Assembly (NCBI GenBank): GCA_030141605.1
Contig: JAQGDQ010000061.1
Coordinates: 669,685-733,684, forward strand
Length of the DNA stretch: 64,000 nucleotides
Direction: 5' to 3'
DNA from: Tubiluchus corallicola
Lineage: Eukaryota > Animalia > Priapulida
Below, one piece after another: positions 12,901 through 27,900 of this stretch. The position numbers and the translations under genes are program-made. Numbering within the stretch: position 1 is the first letter of the stretch; every line of letters starts with the position of its first letter. A model generated the notes under the pieces. It saw nothing but the letters and a program-made list of their open reading frames with translations. It ran no database searches and was not told the DNA's origin.

Positions 12901-15900
12901 TACTGGAGAATTAGTGAACTGCAATGTTTTGCCTCCATCAGCCGATGACTTCCTTGTGGATATGTTACTTTTTATAATAAAGGCTTTTTGCAGGACAGAT
13001 TAATTTTTGGTACACTCATTAATGTAAACAGTTTAAGCCATAGTTCATTCAAAATTGACTAATTTTCGATACACTCATTAATGTAAGCAATTTTAGCCAT
13101 AGTTCATTCAAAATTGTCTAGAAGATTAATTTAGAATGGACACAAAGTGCCTTTTTTGATCTTCACTAGAAACTTGAAACAAGAAAAGTACAGCCCTCAT
13201 CCTAGTCTATAAAAACTCAAAGTTTTGCAGCAGTGAGAAGCCACGCTAACCATAAATGACTGACTTGGTCACATTACCTTCTTTACATTCAGCAGCAACT
13301 CGCAGTTCCAACACATCCATTTGTTCTTGCACATTCTTCAGCATTCGCTCGCTCTTACTGCTCTGGTAACGGTAGGCAATCAGAATGATGATGACAATCA
13401 TCAGCATGACAGCAGCGCCGGCAGCAATGATGATTATTGCCCACATCGGAAGCTTGTCGTCCTCCAACTCGTAGTCCAGGTAACCAATAAGGTATTCCCT
13501 CCGACTTCCACCAACGTAAACCTGCACATAAACAAGACAAATTCATCAACAAACTCAATAGCAATTTGGGTAGATTAACCAAAAGTCACTGGAGTTAAAA
13601 GTAATGATGCTTTTGACTAAAATTACAAATGCTGACTCAATTTTCATTTTCTGATTGCAGGGCAACTGTTCTTAGCTCAAACTGCTTCCTTTACTTTTTC
13701 GTGTTTTTAGTCTCTCTAGTCTCAAAAGAAAGTGATATTTAACGATTTATCTGTAAATTTCTTTACAAGTTTCGACAAAAAAACAAGGTTGACCAACATG
13801 TTCGTTCGTCTACATTAACAGCAGTACCATAAAAATTCCATTACCACAACTTCTGGCAGACTGTTCTGATCTTTGGGCCGACGAGCAGACTCTGGCTGAG
13901 TAGGAGGAGGTTGACAGTTGAGCAGTGTAGGTGCCACTGATGAAACGTTGCAAGAATCCTTTCCTATTCTCACCTCAAAGAAATCGCGCGTGTTACACAC
14001 TTCACACAAGTTGCTAATCTGCATGAGAAAATGTGAATTATAGTAACTTCGCTAATCAAGGGCAGGTATGCATTTACAATGTTTTACTTATTATCAGGTT
14101 TTTTTCTTGAGTACACAGGTACCACGTTTGTATTCTTTTCACATGTTAATCAATTTTACTCTTCGTTAATGAGTGAAGATTCATGCAGTGCAAATAAACT
14201 ATGAAAATTAACGATACAAGTGAATGTAACTAAAGCAATCAGTATTTTTCCCTGACACTTTTTATTACTCAGTTGTAAGACAATCTACTTCATTTAGAAT
14301 AATTCACTAATTACTTGCTGTTAGTACTAGTTTACACTATGATTAACATAATAATTTACTAAACCATTCAATTCAGATTTATTTATTGCTTCATACACTT
14401 CAATAGAAGGTTTGTTGAATGCGATTAGTTCACCATAGAAAATAAACAGAAAGAGGCAGAGTGGTGAAAGACCATCAGGTCACATAGCAACCACAAGCAT
14501 TAAGATTGCACCGAACACTTACACTTATAGCCAAGTAATCACTTTTATAGCGTTTTATCTGTTTTTCCTCCGTGAAGTTGAGAACGATGGGATCCGGGTA
14601 CAAAATGAAAGGCTCGAATCCGGGTCGACGAGAAATATTACGAGTAGTTTCCACATCGTCCATAAAAAAGCCGTAATCCAACTGAAAAAAGCAAGCAGAA
14701 GAAATGTTACTATTGCAATAAATCAACAAAGTTAATGTCCAAATTGAAGTTGGATGATATATTTGAATACTGACAAATAACTTACTATTGATAATAATTT
14801 AGATGATCGAAAGTAAAGAAAACTGACCAATCTTTGCGCTAAAGCTATTTAAATGAGAAGCTTTTTGTATTTATTCACGCAGATGCGCACACATTCATCC
14901 GCCTGGTCACATACATGCACATAGAGACATACATAGTAAAAAATGATGAAATTTTTAAATTTCATACACGTTCACTTTCTGGTATGCTACTTGCACATTT
15001 TAATTTGTAGAATACCTAGAATAAGTTGCATACTTGCAATCCACTTAGCAAACAAATTAAATCAGGATTCAGTTTACAACAGCCAATGAGAAAAACAGAA
15101 TCTTTCGATCAAAAATCAAGTTTTTTTCACTTGTGGATATTGCTTACATTTAGCGTATGAGATTTCTATTACTTACAGCTAGAGTTTTGTCAGGAGCAGG
15201 TTGAACCATAGGTGATTTGCAAACCATTACAGTTACGTTCTTGATCACACACGGCTGTACAAACAGAAAATACAGTTTCAATACAGTTGTTTTCACACAA
15301 TCATTTACATTAGACAGTTTCTCATATTTTATCAATTTAATACCTGTCCTGCTTGCTGCAAACTTGAAAAAATAATGAAAAAAAGGTTTTAATACTAAGT
15401 TTGATTTAGCTAAGCTAAAGTTTAAATTTTTCTCTTAGTCTAACAAGCATAATTCTTCTTAGTAAGAGAATTAAAATTAATAAAGACTAATTTTACCTAA
15501 AGTTAACAGTGACTGTCAATTAATCAATGTTACTTTTATTATATGGTTCTAAAATATATAGAAGTGCAGTTAACAAATCAAGTTCCATGTGCACGTGTTT
15601 AAAAAATGTAAGTGAAGAGTTATCCTTTATACTTTAAACTAATTACAAGTTGATTGAAAACAATGTGAACCAAACTTTAGTATTGACAAATGCCATTTAT
15701 AAACTCCTAAAATAACAATGTGAAGGAAGTATATCTTCAGGTAGGACTCGATCAGTTATGTCTGGAAATCTGCTCCATCTGAATGATTTTTGATACATAT
15801 TTAGCTCCTTTACACACATTGCTTTTATCACACTGAAACAATGCATGCCATGATAAGTAATGGACATTAGCATTATCACAATACTTACACTGATGAAGTT

Positions 15901-18900
15901 TTGTCCATCTAAATTGACATACATCATGGGTTCTTGTACAACATTGAGACCATGTCCTTCAACGTAAATGTCTACTCCACCACTGCAACAAAGAATAGCG
16001 CATTGACATCTTTGTCATAGTATGGAGTTAAGATTAATTTTAGACAAACAATGACCTGTGTTATATGTGCTTTTTATGTTAAGAAAATATCAAAAAATTT
16101 AGTATGTACAACAAGAGAGCACTCTTGTCAAATTTATACTTAATTAGCAAGATAAAAATGAATACGAGTTTTTGTTTGTGAAACTGCAAACCATCACACA
16201 GCTCTTAGTTTAGCTTAGGCTTGCAGGACAGGAATGAAATAATTACTATAAATAATCCTGTAAGATAATACAGTAAACTAGTAAACTACAGTAAGATGCA
16301 CATACATTCTCATACAACAAAATAAACAAAAGGACAGTACGGTAACTGGCAAACCCAATACCAGTTTTTTCAGTACAATTTCCTATTCATTTATTAGCTA
16401 CATCTGGTTATGATTAATTTCATAGCCAAGGAACGACCAGTTACCATTCAGCTATATCCTTTACCAACTATCTAAAGCTCCTACAAGCATCATCTTAATT
16501 GACAAAAATATGAAAAATTACTAAAAACAAAGACAAAAAATGCCCATACACAAGTCAAACTTAATGATATTATGGCCAATTTTGATACTAAACGTGTTAA
16601 TATTTAATGAACAGTAGCTTCCTACATAAGTTAGTTGACAATGTAAAAAAACTTCTTAACATCATTACCTTGGTATGCCTCCTGACGGCCTAACTGCAGA
16701 TATGTGTGGATCTTGTTTGTATTCAAAATAGTCGGCCAAACTAGAATTACGGACTGCGTTGTCAAAGCGCATCGTGAGAACTCCTCGACCGGTGTTCATT
16801 GCTTCAGACGTTACGCATTCTGCTTCCTCCTTGGTAGTTCTGTTGAGACAGTGAGAGCCATTAATGTTGGTAATTTAAAAACACGATATGAAAAAGTAGC
16901 TGTTTAAAAATTGCACAGTTTCCCCCTTGTAAAAACTTGTGCAAATAATAGGCAAAATGCATGGTTCAAGAAAAAACGAATGGGTGGTATTTTCAGTCAG
17001 CCAGCACATTCAAAAAGACAGCTGCTTACAGTTTTTGTATTTATATTTGCAAAGAACACGCATAATTCTACTTTGTAACTTCCTGGTACAAAAATTTTGC
17101 ACTGTCAAGCATTATCAAGTCAGTTTAGCAGTTGTGAATATTAAAGCAACGGCAGTTGTAATTTTCTTAGTTAACGAGTAAATTCGTGAATTCAGTCAGC
17201 TGTCACACACGAAAAGACAACTGCTTACAGTTTTTGTAATTATATTTACGAAGAACGCACATGATTTTACCTTGTGACTGTTAAAGCAATGGCAGTTGTA
17301 AAAGTTGTTTTTCTTAGTTAGTGAGTACAATCGTGAAACAAAGGTTCAGTACAAACAAAATATTAAATCTTACAGACGCAGCAAGCAGCATGCATAATAA
17401 TGCATTTCAGGGAGAAAAACCAAGTTTATAGTTTCTGTCTTTGCATTGTTTGGACAATTTCTACCACAAGTTTTTTATCTGTGAAAGCATGTGTAAAAAG
17501 TGTGTTGCCTCTATTGTTATGACAAGATTGAAGTCTTCCCTAATAATTAAATCAGTAACAAAGCTGAATTACCTGATAACTCTGCACCCTAGTTGCTGGT
17601 CAAGTAGCACAAAGGCATTGATGGAGGAGCCAGCATTCATATGACGGCCTCTGATTGTTACTTTTGTTCCGCCAGATCGAGGACCTACTTTTGGTGATAT
17701 GCTCGTAATTTGTGGATCCTAAGTGAAAAATAAAAAGTGGTCATTGAATTAATTTTTGCTGACAGGCAGAGACGAGTGATGATTTAGCAAGAGGATTACT
17801 TATAAATACCAGAATGGTTTTACTAATGAAATAAACGACTATATATATATATATTATCATTTTTACAAATGATAAATGAGAGTAGACGACTTTATTTCTT
17901 GAGAAGTTACATTGACAACATATGCAACATATCAAAAAATCCTACGATACTTGTGCAAAAAAATGCTGGTTCACAAATTTATGAAAATAAAAATTAATGC
18001 ACAATGCACACTCAAACACAGGTAACTGACAATTGGTAATTTTACCCAATTTTGTATCCGTATTTACAGTTGAAAAAATGCAGCAATCATTTTCTATTAA
18101 CTCATGAAAGCTCTTTCAAAAAGAAGAAGTGTTGTAGTAGAAAATAAAAATACTAACCACAAATTTGAAAGGGCTAGGTGCAGAACCTTCATACCGGCTA
18201 TCGCGTCGTATTACAACCTTGAAGCGACCCTTTGAACTTTTATTGGTGGCCTTAGTCTTGCAAACAATTCTAGAATATGCAAAGTACACTCAAAAATTGT
18301 AGGCAATGCCGAAAATATTTACCAGACGATAAGTGACAATGTGACACATTCTCTGCCCACAAGTGACAAAGCGACACATTCTTTCCTCACAAGTGACCAC
18401 ATGACTCACTCTGCTCACAAGTGACAATGTGCTAACTTCTCCAGACATAATAATACGACTTTTCTCAACATACAAGTGATAACAAAAAAAATTCTCTGTT
18501 CGCAAGTGACAACGTGAACCATTTTCTCCTTGCAAAACAATAAATAAAAGGCATTTGATAAGTTTTACACCCAGTCGATAGTTTCAATAAAAACAGTGAA
18601 ATTTTATAATGAAACAACTACGTTCGCAGCTCAAGGCAAGTTTTCTCATTTAAGTAAAAAAATAATGTAGGCATCATTAGTTTAAACACTTACTGCCGTG
18701 TTGGGATATAGCTATGCTTGTATGGAACACATTCGTTATCAGCCACGAAAACGCCTTCTTTGATATCATCAAAAGTTAAACCCAAGTTATACCCAGATAT
18801 GGTGACATCGGTTCCACCTTCATAGGGTCCAGTTTTTGGCTTTACCTGTAAAAATACACTGAGTATTATTTTCCAGGAAAATAAAATACAGATATAGTTT

Positions 18901-21900
18901 GTTAGAGTGGTTTGTTGATGGGCCGCTTTCTACAAATCTATACAATAAGTAACTCTAAACGCAATAGCATTCATAACTACAATCCTTACAATCAATTTGT
19001 GACACAGTTGTTACTAAAAATTTGTACAAAGGAGTTACCGCCATTCATAATGCGCACAGTATTCAAACTTTTACCAATAACCTATTTGGACAGACTCACC
19101 TCTTCAATTGTGGGGTTGGGGCAAATTGATTGACCGTCCAGAAAGTCATACGTCGGACAAGTCTCCTTAGTTTTGCATTTTTCTTCATCTTGACACCACG
19201 CGCAACGATATTTTGGATCAAGTGTTAAACAGAAGCCACACCGTGCTGCCATCTTCTCGCACTTATACACAGTAACTATAGTAAGAACAGAAAAAACTCA
19301 GTGATTATTACATTACCTTTGTACTATTGATTAAAGTTAAAAAGAGGATTTATATAACGAAAATCTTTATTCATTTATAATAATGTGAAACCAGACACAT
19401 GGGCCAGCGGGGAAAAAATCAAAGACACAAAAACGGCTTTAAAATTTTTTGAACTACTTCATTCAATTCAAATAAGTGCATTTTTCACACGCCTCGTAAA
19501 AAATATACAAGGACTGCACATATTTTTTCTTATGTGAGCTCTCTCTATTTTGTGGTAATTGAGTTACATAAACGATTCACACCTACATTCTTTTCCCTAG
19601 AATGTTTGCTGCCATGTTTTGTCATATGTATACTAGCCCACATGCAAGTTGGCTAATTCTATTGCTTCGGGCAATAATATATAACATATGTAACATTATA
19701 AACATTACATACATAGAAATTGTTTAGACAACGCTTTATGTAACCTTTTATCAGCAAACATTTTCAAACTGAAACTAGTATGCAGATTAAAAGTAAAAAT
19801 TAAAAACAAAAATTTACTTTTAATATTTTTTGGATTGTCCAAGGGTCTATTGTCACTAGTGGGGCCATACAGAATAGCAAACTGCACTGGCATACTTTCC
19901 ACTGGTCTGTTGTACTCAAACTGCAAAAAACAGGATACATTAATTTGAATTGAACTGAATTAAATTTATTGACTAACTGGGATAATGAATGTTAATAATA
20001 CATCACATACAATGTTATAACGAGTTAGTCCAAATTAAAAACAACATCGGTAACAAAAAGTTAAAAGATCACACAGATAAAAACACAGGTTCACAATGAA
20101 CAAACTGATTACAACAAATCATGTTAGATGTCAAATATAACATTCAATTGAAATGAAGGAGTAACTTTGTAAGACTTATTGCAAATAACTGTAGCATCGA
20201 ATGGTATAAACTGTTTACTAAATTTAAAATGAATATTGATTCAGGCAAAAATTATTCAAGCATCAGTTTTGTTACTGTTTCCTAATATTAAAATGAATAT
20301 TGATTCAGGCAAAAATTATTCAAGCATGTTCTTACATAGTTTCATTATTTCGGCTACTGCATTTGTACTATCCATTACATTGTTAGAATTAAAAAAATCA
20401 CATGAGAAATTAAACTTAATATTGCTGCTCTAGTTCCAAATAGCAGACTGCATGGCAGGAAGATTTGCATCACACATAACTTTTTTGTTCCCTAGAAATA
20501 TCAAAATGAATAACAAAAATCATCATTTACAGCATCCTATCTTATATGAGACTTTAACAGATGTACATAAACAAGAGCAACATACCTTAAACCAACCACA
20601 TTTTATATCAGCAGAAATGAGACCAGACTCATAAGTTGCAGGTACCGTGGTTACGCGTCCATCTACATTGTACTGACATCTGAAGGGAGCAATCCTGTCA
20701 TCCTGAACTATATCCTAAAGACAAAAAGGAACAACAGTAGTAATGCATGATGGAATTGGAAAATGCAGTATTTTGCAATTTTCAATACCACAAAGCATAT
20801 TTACAGTAAATTTCTGCAGCTTTAACTGACCTCAACATTAATAGCTTGAACTACAACTTGGGTGTCACTCGAACCGGACGCAATGAGGAATTCAGTAGTG
20901 GAACTGTTGATTTGGGGGCAAAAGTCGGGGCCTGGGCGATTGCTTCGACCAGGAACCTGTAATACAATCAAGAACAGTCATTAAAATATTAATTTTAATA
21001 CAATACAAAATTTGCTTAACTTACATAACTTACGTAACATAACATAACATAATTTACATAACTTATTTTTCAACCTGCGTAACTTAAAATTTCAAAAAGC
21101 TTTTACATCTTAAACTAATTCAATTTTCCAATTACTGATACTAAGATAAAATGTAGAGCAATGTTTGCAATTTTGCATACTTCAATAAATTCATAATAAA
21201 TGCTTGAAAACCTCTAGATTTATACACTTACAATGAACTTTTGAAAATATCTAAAACTATGCATCTATATGGAGAAGTTGTGGTTTTTTTTAGCTATAAA
21301 GAATGAATTTTTCTGTAAAGAATAAGACATGGTTGATCAATCTTTGTCTATACAGGTTACCAATATTGGCATATTTGCTGAAAATAACGAGAGAGCATCC
21401 AACACTGAGTCCAGTAAGCAATAAAGAATGAATTTTTCTGTAAAGAATAAAACATGGTTGATCAATTTTTGTCTATACAGGTTACCAATATTAGCATATT
21501 TGCTGAAAATAACGAAAGAGCTACTAACACTGAGTCCAGTAATAATGTGATCGTCTCGACAGTAGGAGGCAATATCGTGCGTGCATCTGTGTTTACTTCG
21601 GCACCAATTACAAGCAAAGCTACTGTTCGTACAAGATGTACAGCTGAAATGAAAATGCGCATTGTTATAATACATGTAGTAAACATTTTAAATAAACATC
21701 ACCAAAAAACATTTACCAGGCGATATTTAGGCATGTTGACTGTTTGCACTGTACTGTGTAATGCTCTTTTTTTCTAATGTTAATAAGATTTTTTTCTTTT
21801 TCTTGTGTGATTCTTAAGAGTTCCACAGCTGTAAGAGCTACGAAAAATGTCAATTGTCACTGTAAGTTACATTGGTTATTAAATTGCATGTGACTGTAAG

Positions 21901-24900
21901 TTGCATCATATTGGTGCGTTAAAAATTATATAGATACTAATACATTACAAGTTTACGTTACTAATTTATTAACGTGCAAACATGATTTTATTATATAAAT
22001 CATATAAAATTTATCTATTATAAATTGTCGATTAATTATAAATTATATAACTCTCCCACAAATTGTTACTAGCATCACTAAATTAATTAAACTAATTATA
22101 AAGCTTATAAATAGCAGTGGCTGCAAGGTGACCATATGTCGTCTCTTGCCACCCCACCTTAATACAGCTATACGAAATTGTGCATTGTATACTATATTAT
22201 GTTATAAATGTGTTTCATTGGCAGAAATAACTAAAATCTTAATCTTAATCTTAGGCATGAATAATACAATGAAAATACATAGAAGAAAATTTGATAACAT
22301 GGTTTTAGCACAGTCTGTAAAGTGAAATACAAAGCTCAACTAAAGGCGTCTCCACAAGCTTGGTTGCACATTGTAACAGCTATCAACTACAAATAAACGG
22401 TAAAGCTAAAACTATACATACGATTTGAATAGATTGCAGTCGTATAATCGGAAATCGGTCGATACAAACTCAGGACTACCGACCACTTTTACAGACAGTT
22501 TGGTTGTGTAGTATTCTAGAATAAGCAAAAAATAGCACAGCATTAATTAAATATCAATAAAAAGAATAGAACTAATGTAGTTAGATTTTCTAGCTTAAAG
22601 AAAATGACAAGTCATTTAGCATATTGGCTTTATTTTACCGTTGTTACTTAAACTTAGAAATATACATTAAAGAAATTTGCAAAAAACTGTCTATAAAGCA
22701 TAAAGTTAACTTATACTACAGTTGTACAGAAATTTTCAAGAGCGGTGGTAGCCGCCATTCACTTAAAAATGATCATGTAACTTGTGGACTTCATGACTTT
22801 TCATAAGGGCATCAAGGGGGTTCGTAAGCGCGAGTTGCTTAAACAAATTCAAACTTCTGCACCTCAATTAATGTTCATGCAAAAATATCATAAAAATTAG
22901 CTGTTTTTGGAAAAACTTATTAAGTTTTTGATGGAAACTGACAGTGCGCTAGTTTTCTTTAGATGAATAGAAGTTCCCAGAGAGCCTGGTCTTTCCTTTT
23001 ATCCTAAACCAACTTTGTACACAGAGGTAATCACTTTGCCTATTTACAAAACCTGATTACAAAATAATGTTAAAACAAACAACAAGACACTTACGTTCGC
23101 CGTATGGTATGGGAGCCAGTTCGCTGCTAAGTGGAGTCCTGCATTTCACTCCAGCTTTTTCTTCTCCACCTTCACTCCACATAGTGCGGTTAGCAGCTGT
23201 TTGTAAGGAATCGCCAAATGCAGTGAAGACACACATGAATTGTCCAGAAAGTTTCGGAAAATGATCAATCTTAATGTCCAGCTGAAAAAAATGGGTTTGT
23301 GTAGGCAACAATGTTAATATAGGTGAAACAGTCATCCATAGGACACACTTACTTAGTTCTAAGCAAGTTATTCAACACGCCCAATCTTGACCCAGATTGG
23401 TAGAAGCATAGATAAAAATAGAAGAAGCAGCATAAACCAGGTTTGCTTATTGAGTTAGAATAACCTGGTAAAATGATAAATCTTGATAAGCAGATGTAAA
23501 CAACGAGCTTTCTCGTGAGTTATGAAAAATTATTGTATGCTCCAGCAGTTTAATTCGTTTTTCGATCTCAGATAAGCTGCTGATTCTGGAATACATCATT
23601 TTGCAACTTCTGCCAACTAGCATTACCAAAAACGCATACAGATTCTGATGTTATGCTTAACCACATGAACCTTCAAATAACTTTATAATCTTTATTTTAA
23701 AGGTTCCACGTACAAAAAAATCCTTGAATCACGAGTTTAAAATAAAATCTAGTTAATCTACAAAGATTAGGATAAGAAATTAGCACAAAAAATTGGCATT
23801 AAGGAAATTATAACGATGGCAACTTACTGTTTGTGCTAGAGTAATTTGCAGTTGATTCGGATAGACTTCAGTTATGACCGAGCATTGACCATTTCTGTAC
23901 ATAACCCAGTTTAAATCATCAGTGGATCCATGTAAGCATTCGGAGCTAGGACTGCATCTATAAGAGAAACAATAAACAATGGTTAAACCAAAGCTCAATG
24001 CTGTTACAAACTAGCAAAAACATAATTTTGCTATTTGACTGAAAACGATCTTCTCAACACTTGTTGGGAAGTATTTTATTTTCTTCAAATATTAAAAACA
24101 TACATATTACAAACACCCCTTATAAATTCAAGAAACATGCTTTACATTGAAATCTTAACTGAACTTGTGTTTTAGTTTCAATAATGACAGCTAGACATGG
24201 GTCAATGATAACACAGATGGACTGATGTTCTTCACAAACAACAGTCAGAAAAGAATTAAGTGAAAAAATCATTCAAGCATGCAGTAGAATCGTCAATAAT
24301 ATTGTGCAACATTATATATTATGCTATAGTATTGAGCGTCTACAGGCAATGTTCATGACTGTTCAGTTATGCTTCAATATTACTGTGTTGTGTAATATAT
24401 TGCAATAAAAATATTGAAACGAAAATATTGCCCAATATCACTGACAATCACATTGTGCACGTTTATGTCCTCTTAAACAATACTTGTAATACTGGTACTT
24501 ACACCAACGTTTAAAAAAGGCCCATTCAGTATATATAACTCAATGCTACATACATAGACCAAACATAAAGGGTACGGGGCTACCACATAAACAAATATTA
24601 AATATTCAAAATCATCTTTAACCCCGCACCCTAGGTGTTTTGTTCAGCATGAAGTGACGATCGAATTTGATGCATTTCCAAAAAGCATCGAATTCACGTA
24701 AAAGACTGCCTAAACAATTAACACTGACACAGCATACTGTTCTCATAAGTGAAGATCAAATGAAAGCTACAAAAATTGCTTGTTGAATTATTTATGAAGC
24801 TGTAGGCCAATTTTTAGGACACCGTAACAAAACTAATTCAAATCATATTACCAATTTGAACAATATAGTTGGCTAAAGAATAGCAAATAGAAATTTTCCT

Positions 24901-27900
24901 CAGCCAGCAAGTGCTACAGCAGGCTTCACAATTTACACTTTACAGCACCATTAATTAGTTTGATTGTTTTGAGTGCCAAAAGAACCATGAACAATAAGAA
25001 TCCGTGAAAAATGCTTGTTGTTCATCAGTTCATTGTAGCAGCATTATTATACCGTGCAGACATAAAATTAATTTTTTGCACATTGCTTTAAATTGTTTTG
25101 TATAATGTACGGATTATCATTGCTTACTTATTTTCTACAGAGCACCAACCACAGTATGGATCCCGAGCACCAAGGCATTCTTGACAAGTAGAATACTTGT
25201 AACAATCCCGCACCACCACTTTGCTCACCTGTAAACAACAAGTACATACCTTGATTAAAGAATCATATAAAGAAACAGACAGTAGCAATTCTTCATGCTT
25301 CTCAAATGACCAACAACACTTTTAGCATTTAACTCTTTCTGTTACTTCATAAAATGGCTTACCTGCTGCAGGTAAATGGATGATTAAAAATCATTTTCTT
25401 TAAAGCACATCATGCACTTCTAAACTGTGCATTTTAATTTTGCCTCATTGGATATTTAATTTCGTGTTCATTTACTGCACATCAATTAAACAAAAGAAAC
25501 TTTTATAGGAGCAAAATGAAAAAATCGAAAAACTAGTAAAACCACAAAGAGCGCATTTATCGAGCTGCAAAATAAACTGATAGACATTGAAAACAAAATG
25601 AGTTCCACATCTGTGTTAAAATAACACTACAGCAACTTTCAGAAAATTTACGATAAGAGCAAAAGTAGTTATAAGGTTTCGACTTGTGTTTTGTAACAGC
25701 AGGAAGCACAAAAGCAACGTAGTTAGATGTGTGATTGTTTTTCAGAATTGCAAAGTGTCGAATGCATAAAGTAAGCTTACATATGAACCTGCCTGAACTT
25801 GCTTTTCGAAATTTACTCATTAAAATTCTGGACATTTCTAGGTAATCGAAAGTCACTCCCTTCTAGCAGATCAACTAACATTTGATCAGCACAGTATGAT
25901 ATAACGTGATGAAGAGGGTTCATTGGTTTTGTAAAGCAAGAATTGTCAAGTTTGTGATCAAAATAAAGCGTTCTGGTGAAAAGACAATTTTTCTTTTCTT
26001 TAATTGTATACATTGAAATGAAGTGCAAGGTTTGACTGATGCAATACCATTTTTGTATGAAACTTTAAATTAGACTGGAAGAAACCAGCTAGCGAATTGC
26101 ACACTAAACTAAATACATGGTAGTCGCTAGACGTTTAAACTTTTTAAAACTTCCTTGATGTAACGATTTGTTACCTTTCAATACTTACTTACATCATATG
26201 TTTAGGTATTTACATTGATATTACTTTGACAAACTCAAGGTAATTATGTATTAGCTAACATTAATCAAGATCTTAGAACTTGGACAATTCACTAATACAG
26301 GTTCCACAGAACTTCTTATTTTGTTTTATTTTCACAATATCTTCATTTTACCGTGTAATTTGTTTGGATTCTGTTTAAATCATTTAACATTTGTAAACCA
26401 CTTTAATTAAAATGTAAGGGAAATTGCTTTACACATTATCTTTAATGTTTGCCTTTTTTCAGATGTAATGAGAACTGCATTGCACTGAACTGTCATCGCA
26501 AAAATAGGAGCTCTGTCAGACTTACACCACCAGTGTTAACTTGAAAGCTTCAATAATTGGAACAGCAAAGCTAAGAATGAACTTCTGACACCTTGAATTT
26601 TTTCAGCAAATTGCTCGAGGGATATCTCCACTCTTCACCAACACTGCAGAAAACCTGTTGGGACCTGCACATGTATATCCAACGTCAGTGCAATTACATC
26701 ACAATGGCTGAACCCTTTCTTCTGTCAACCTTCAAATCTGGCAAAATAACCTGGTTCTTTTGCGGAACCAATCGGCCATGAATCATTGTCCAAACACTCG
26801 ACAGGGAATCCACAATTAGCTCCAATGGCGGGTTTAATTCGCACGCCAAACAGGAATCTTTAGATTAAACACGTTAAAGTAATTGCACCGCATGCCATAA
26901 GGGAGGGGGATCACACACATCAGGTCATTTTATGTGAAACTTATTAAATTACATGCTGGTGTAACAGAAATTTACGAAACGCTTATATTGCGATCCGGTT
27001 ATGAGACGAATCAATGAAATTTTTCAGAAAACTAATAAAGCAAATATCCTTTTGTTGTGGAAATGTAGAAAAATATTTGTCAGTCTTGCTAGACAACCAA
27101 AGGTTTGCTGCTAAAGTATGCAATATCTTCAACAGTCACGGAAAAAATTGAGGAGAGGCACGCATGAGAAGAATGTGGTTGAAGAATTTCGGCAGTTTGG
27201 CCATTACACAACAGTGCAGAAGTACATACAAAAAACGATGTGTGTAAGTAAAAATAAAGTAATCAGTTGAGTGACTGAAAAAAATCATTTTGTGAGAGTA
27301 ATAAGAGACAGAGACAAAGTCTTATGAGCAATAGAGACATGCGACGTTTTTACATAACCACACACACGCACGCAGCGCGCGCGCGTGCGCACGCACGCAC
27401 ACACACACATCATGCAACTCTTCCTAGAGAAAAATAGCTTGGTAGATTTGTACCACCACCTCCCTAGCACGCATTTCTGACCTTTCTTTCATGGGACTAT
27501 ACTCAGCATGCAAATGTATTGATGGGTGTACATTATATAGCTGACCTGATGAGGTGTCATCGCATACACATGCTTTTCCATGAGGTCCAAGGTCATGTCT
27601 GGCAGAACCGGCTGACCAGGGTCCACTAGCAGTTCTTCGTATTCATTGGCTGAAGTGGCACTATTGACAGTGACCTAAAAAAACAACAACATTTATTTTG
27701 TTAACAATAAACAACAAATTCAAAAAGTAAATTATAATGATTATAAATGGTAGAACAACAACGATATTCATGATTTTATAGTATTTCTGTAACTGAAAGT
27801 CAATGAATGTAATGGCGATTAATTATACAATTAATGCACATTGTCTTGTGTGGGTTTAATAGTAAACTGAGGTCAAGCCATGCAAGTTCAGTTGCATTTT

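Noticed and set aside
13321-13582. Antisense and alternate-frame ORFs over plexin exons (also 21454-21777, 23067-23264, 46096-46555)
   Set aside because: Shadow ORFs of real exons with no recognisable motifs.
18331-18530. CRISPR-like array
   Set aside because: Units are contiguous degenerate repeats without unique spacers, in a eukaryotic intron, with no cas genes.
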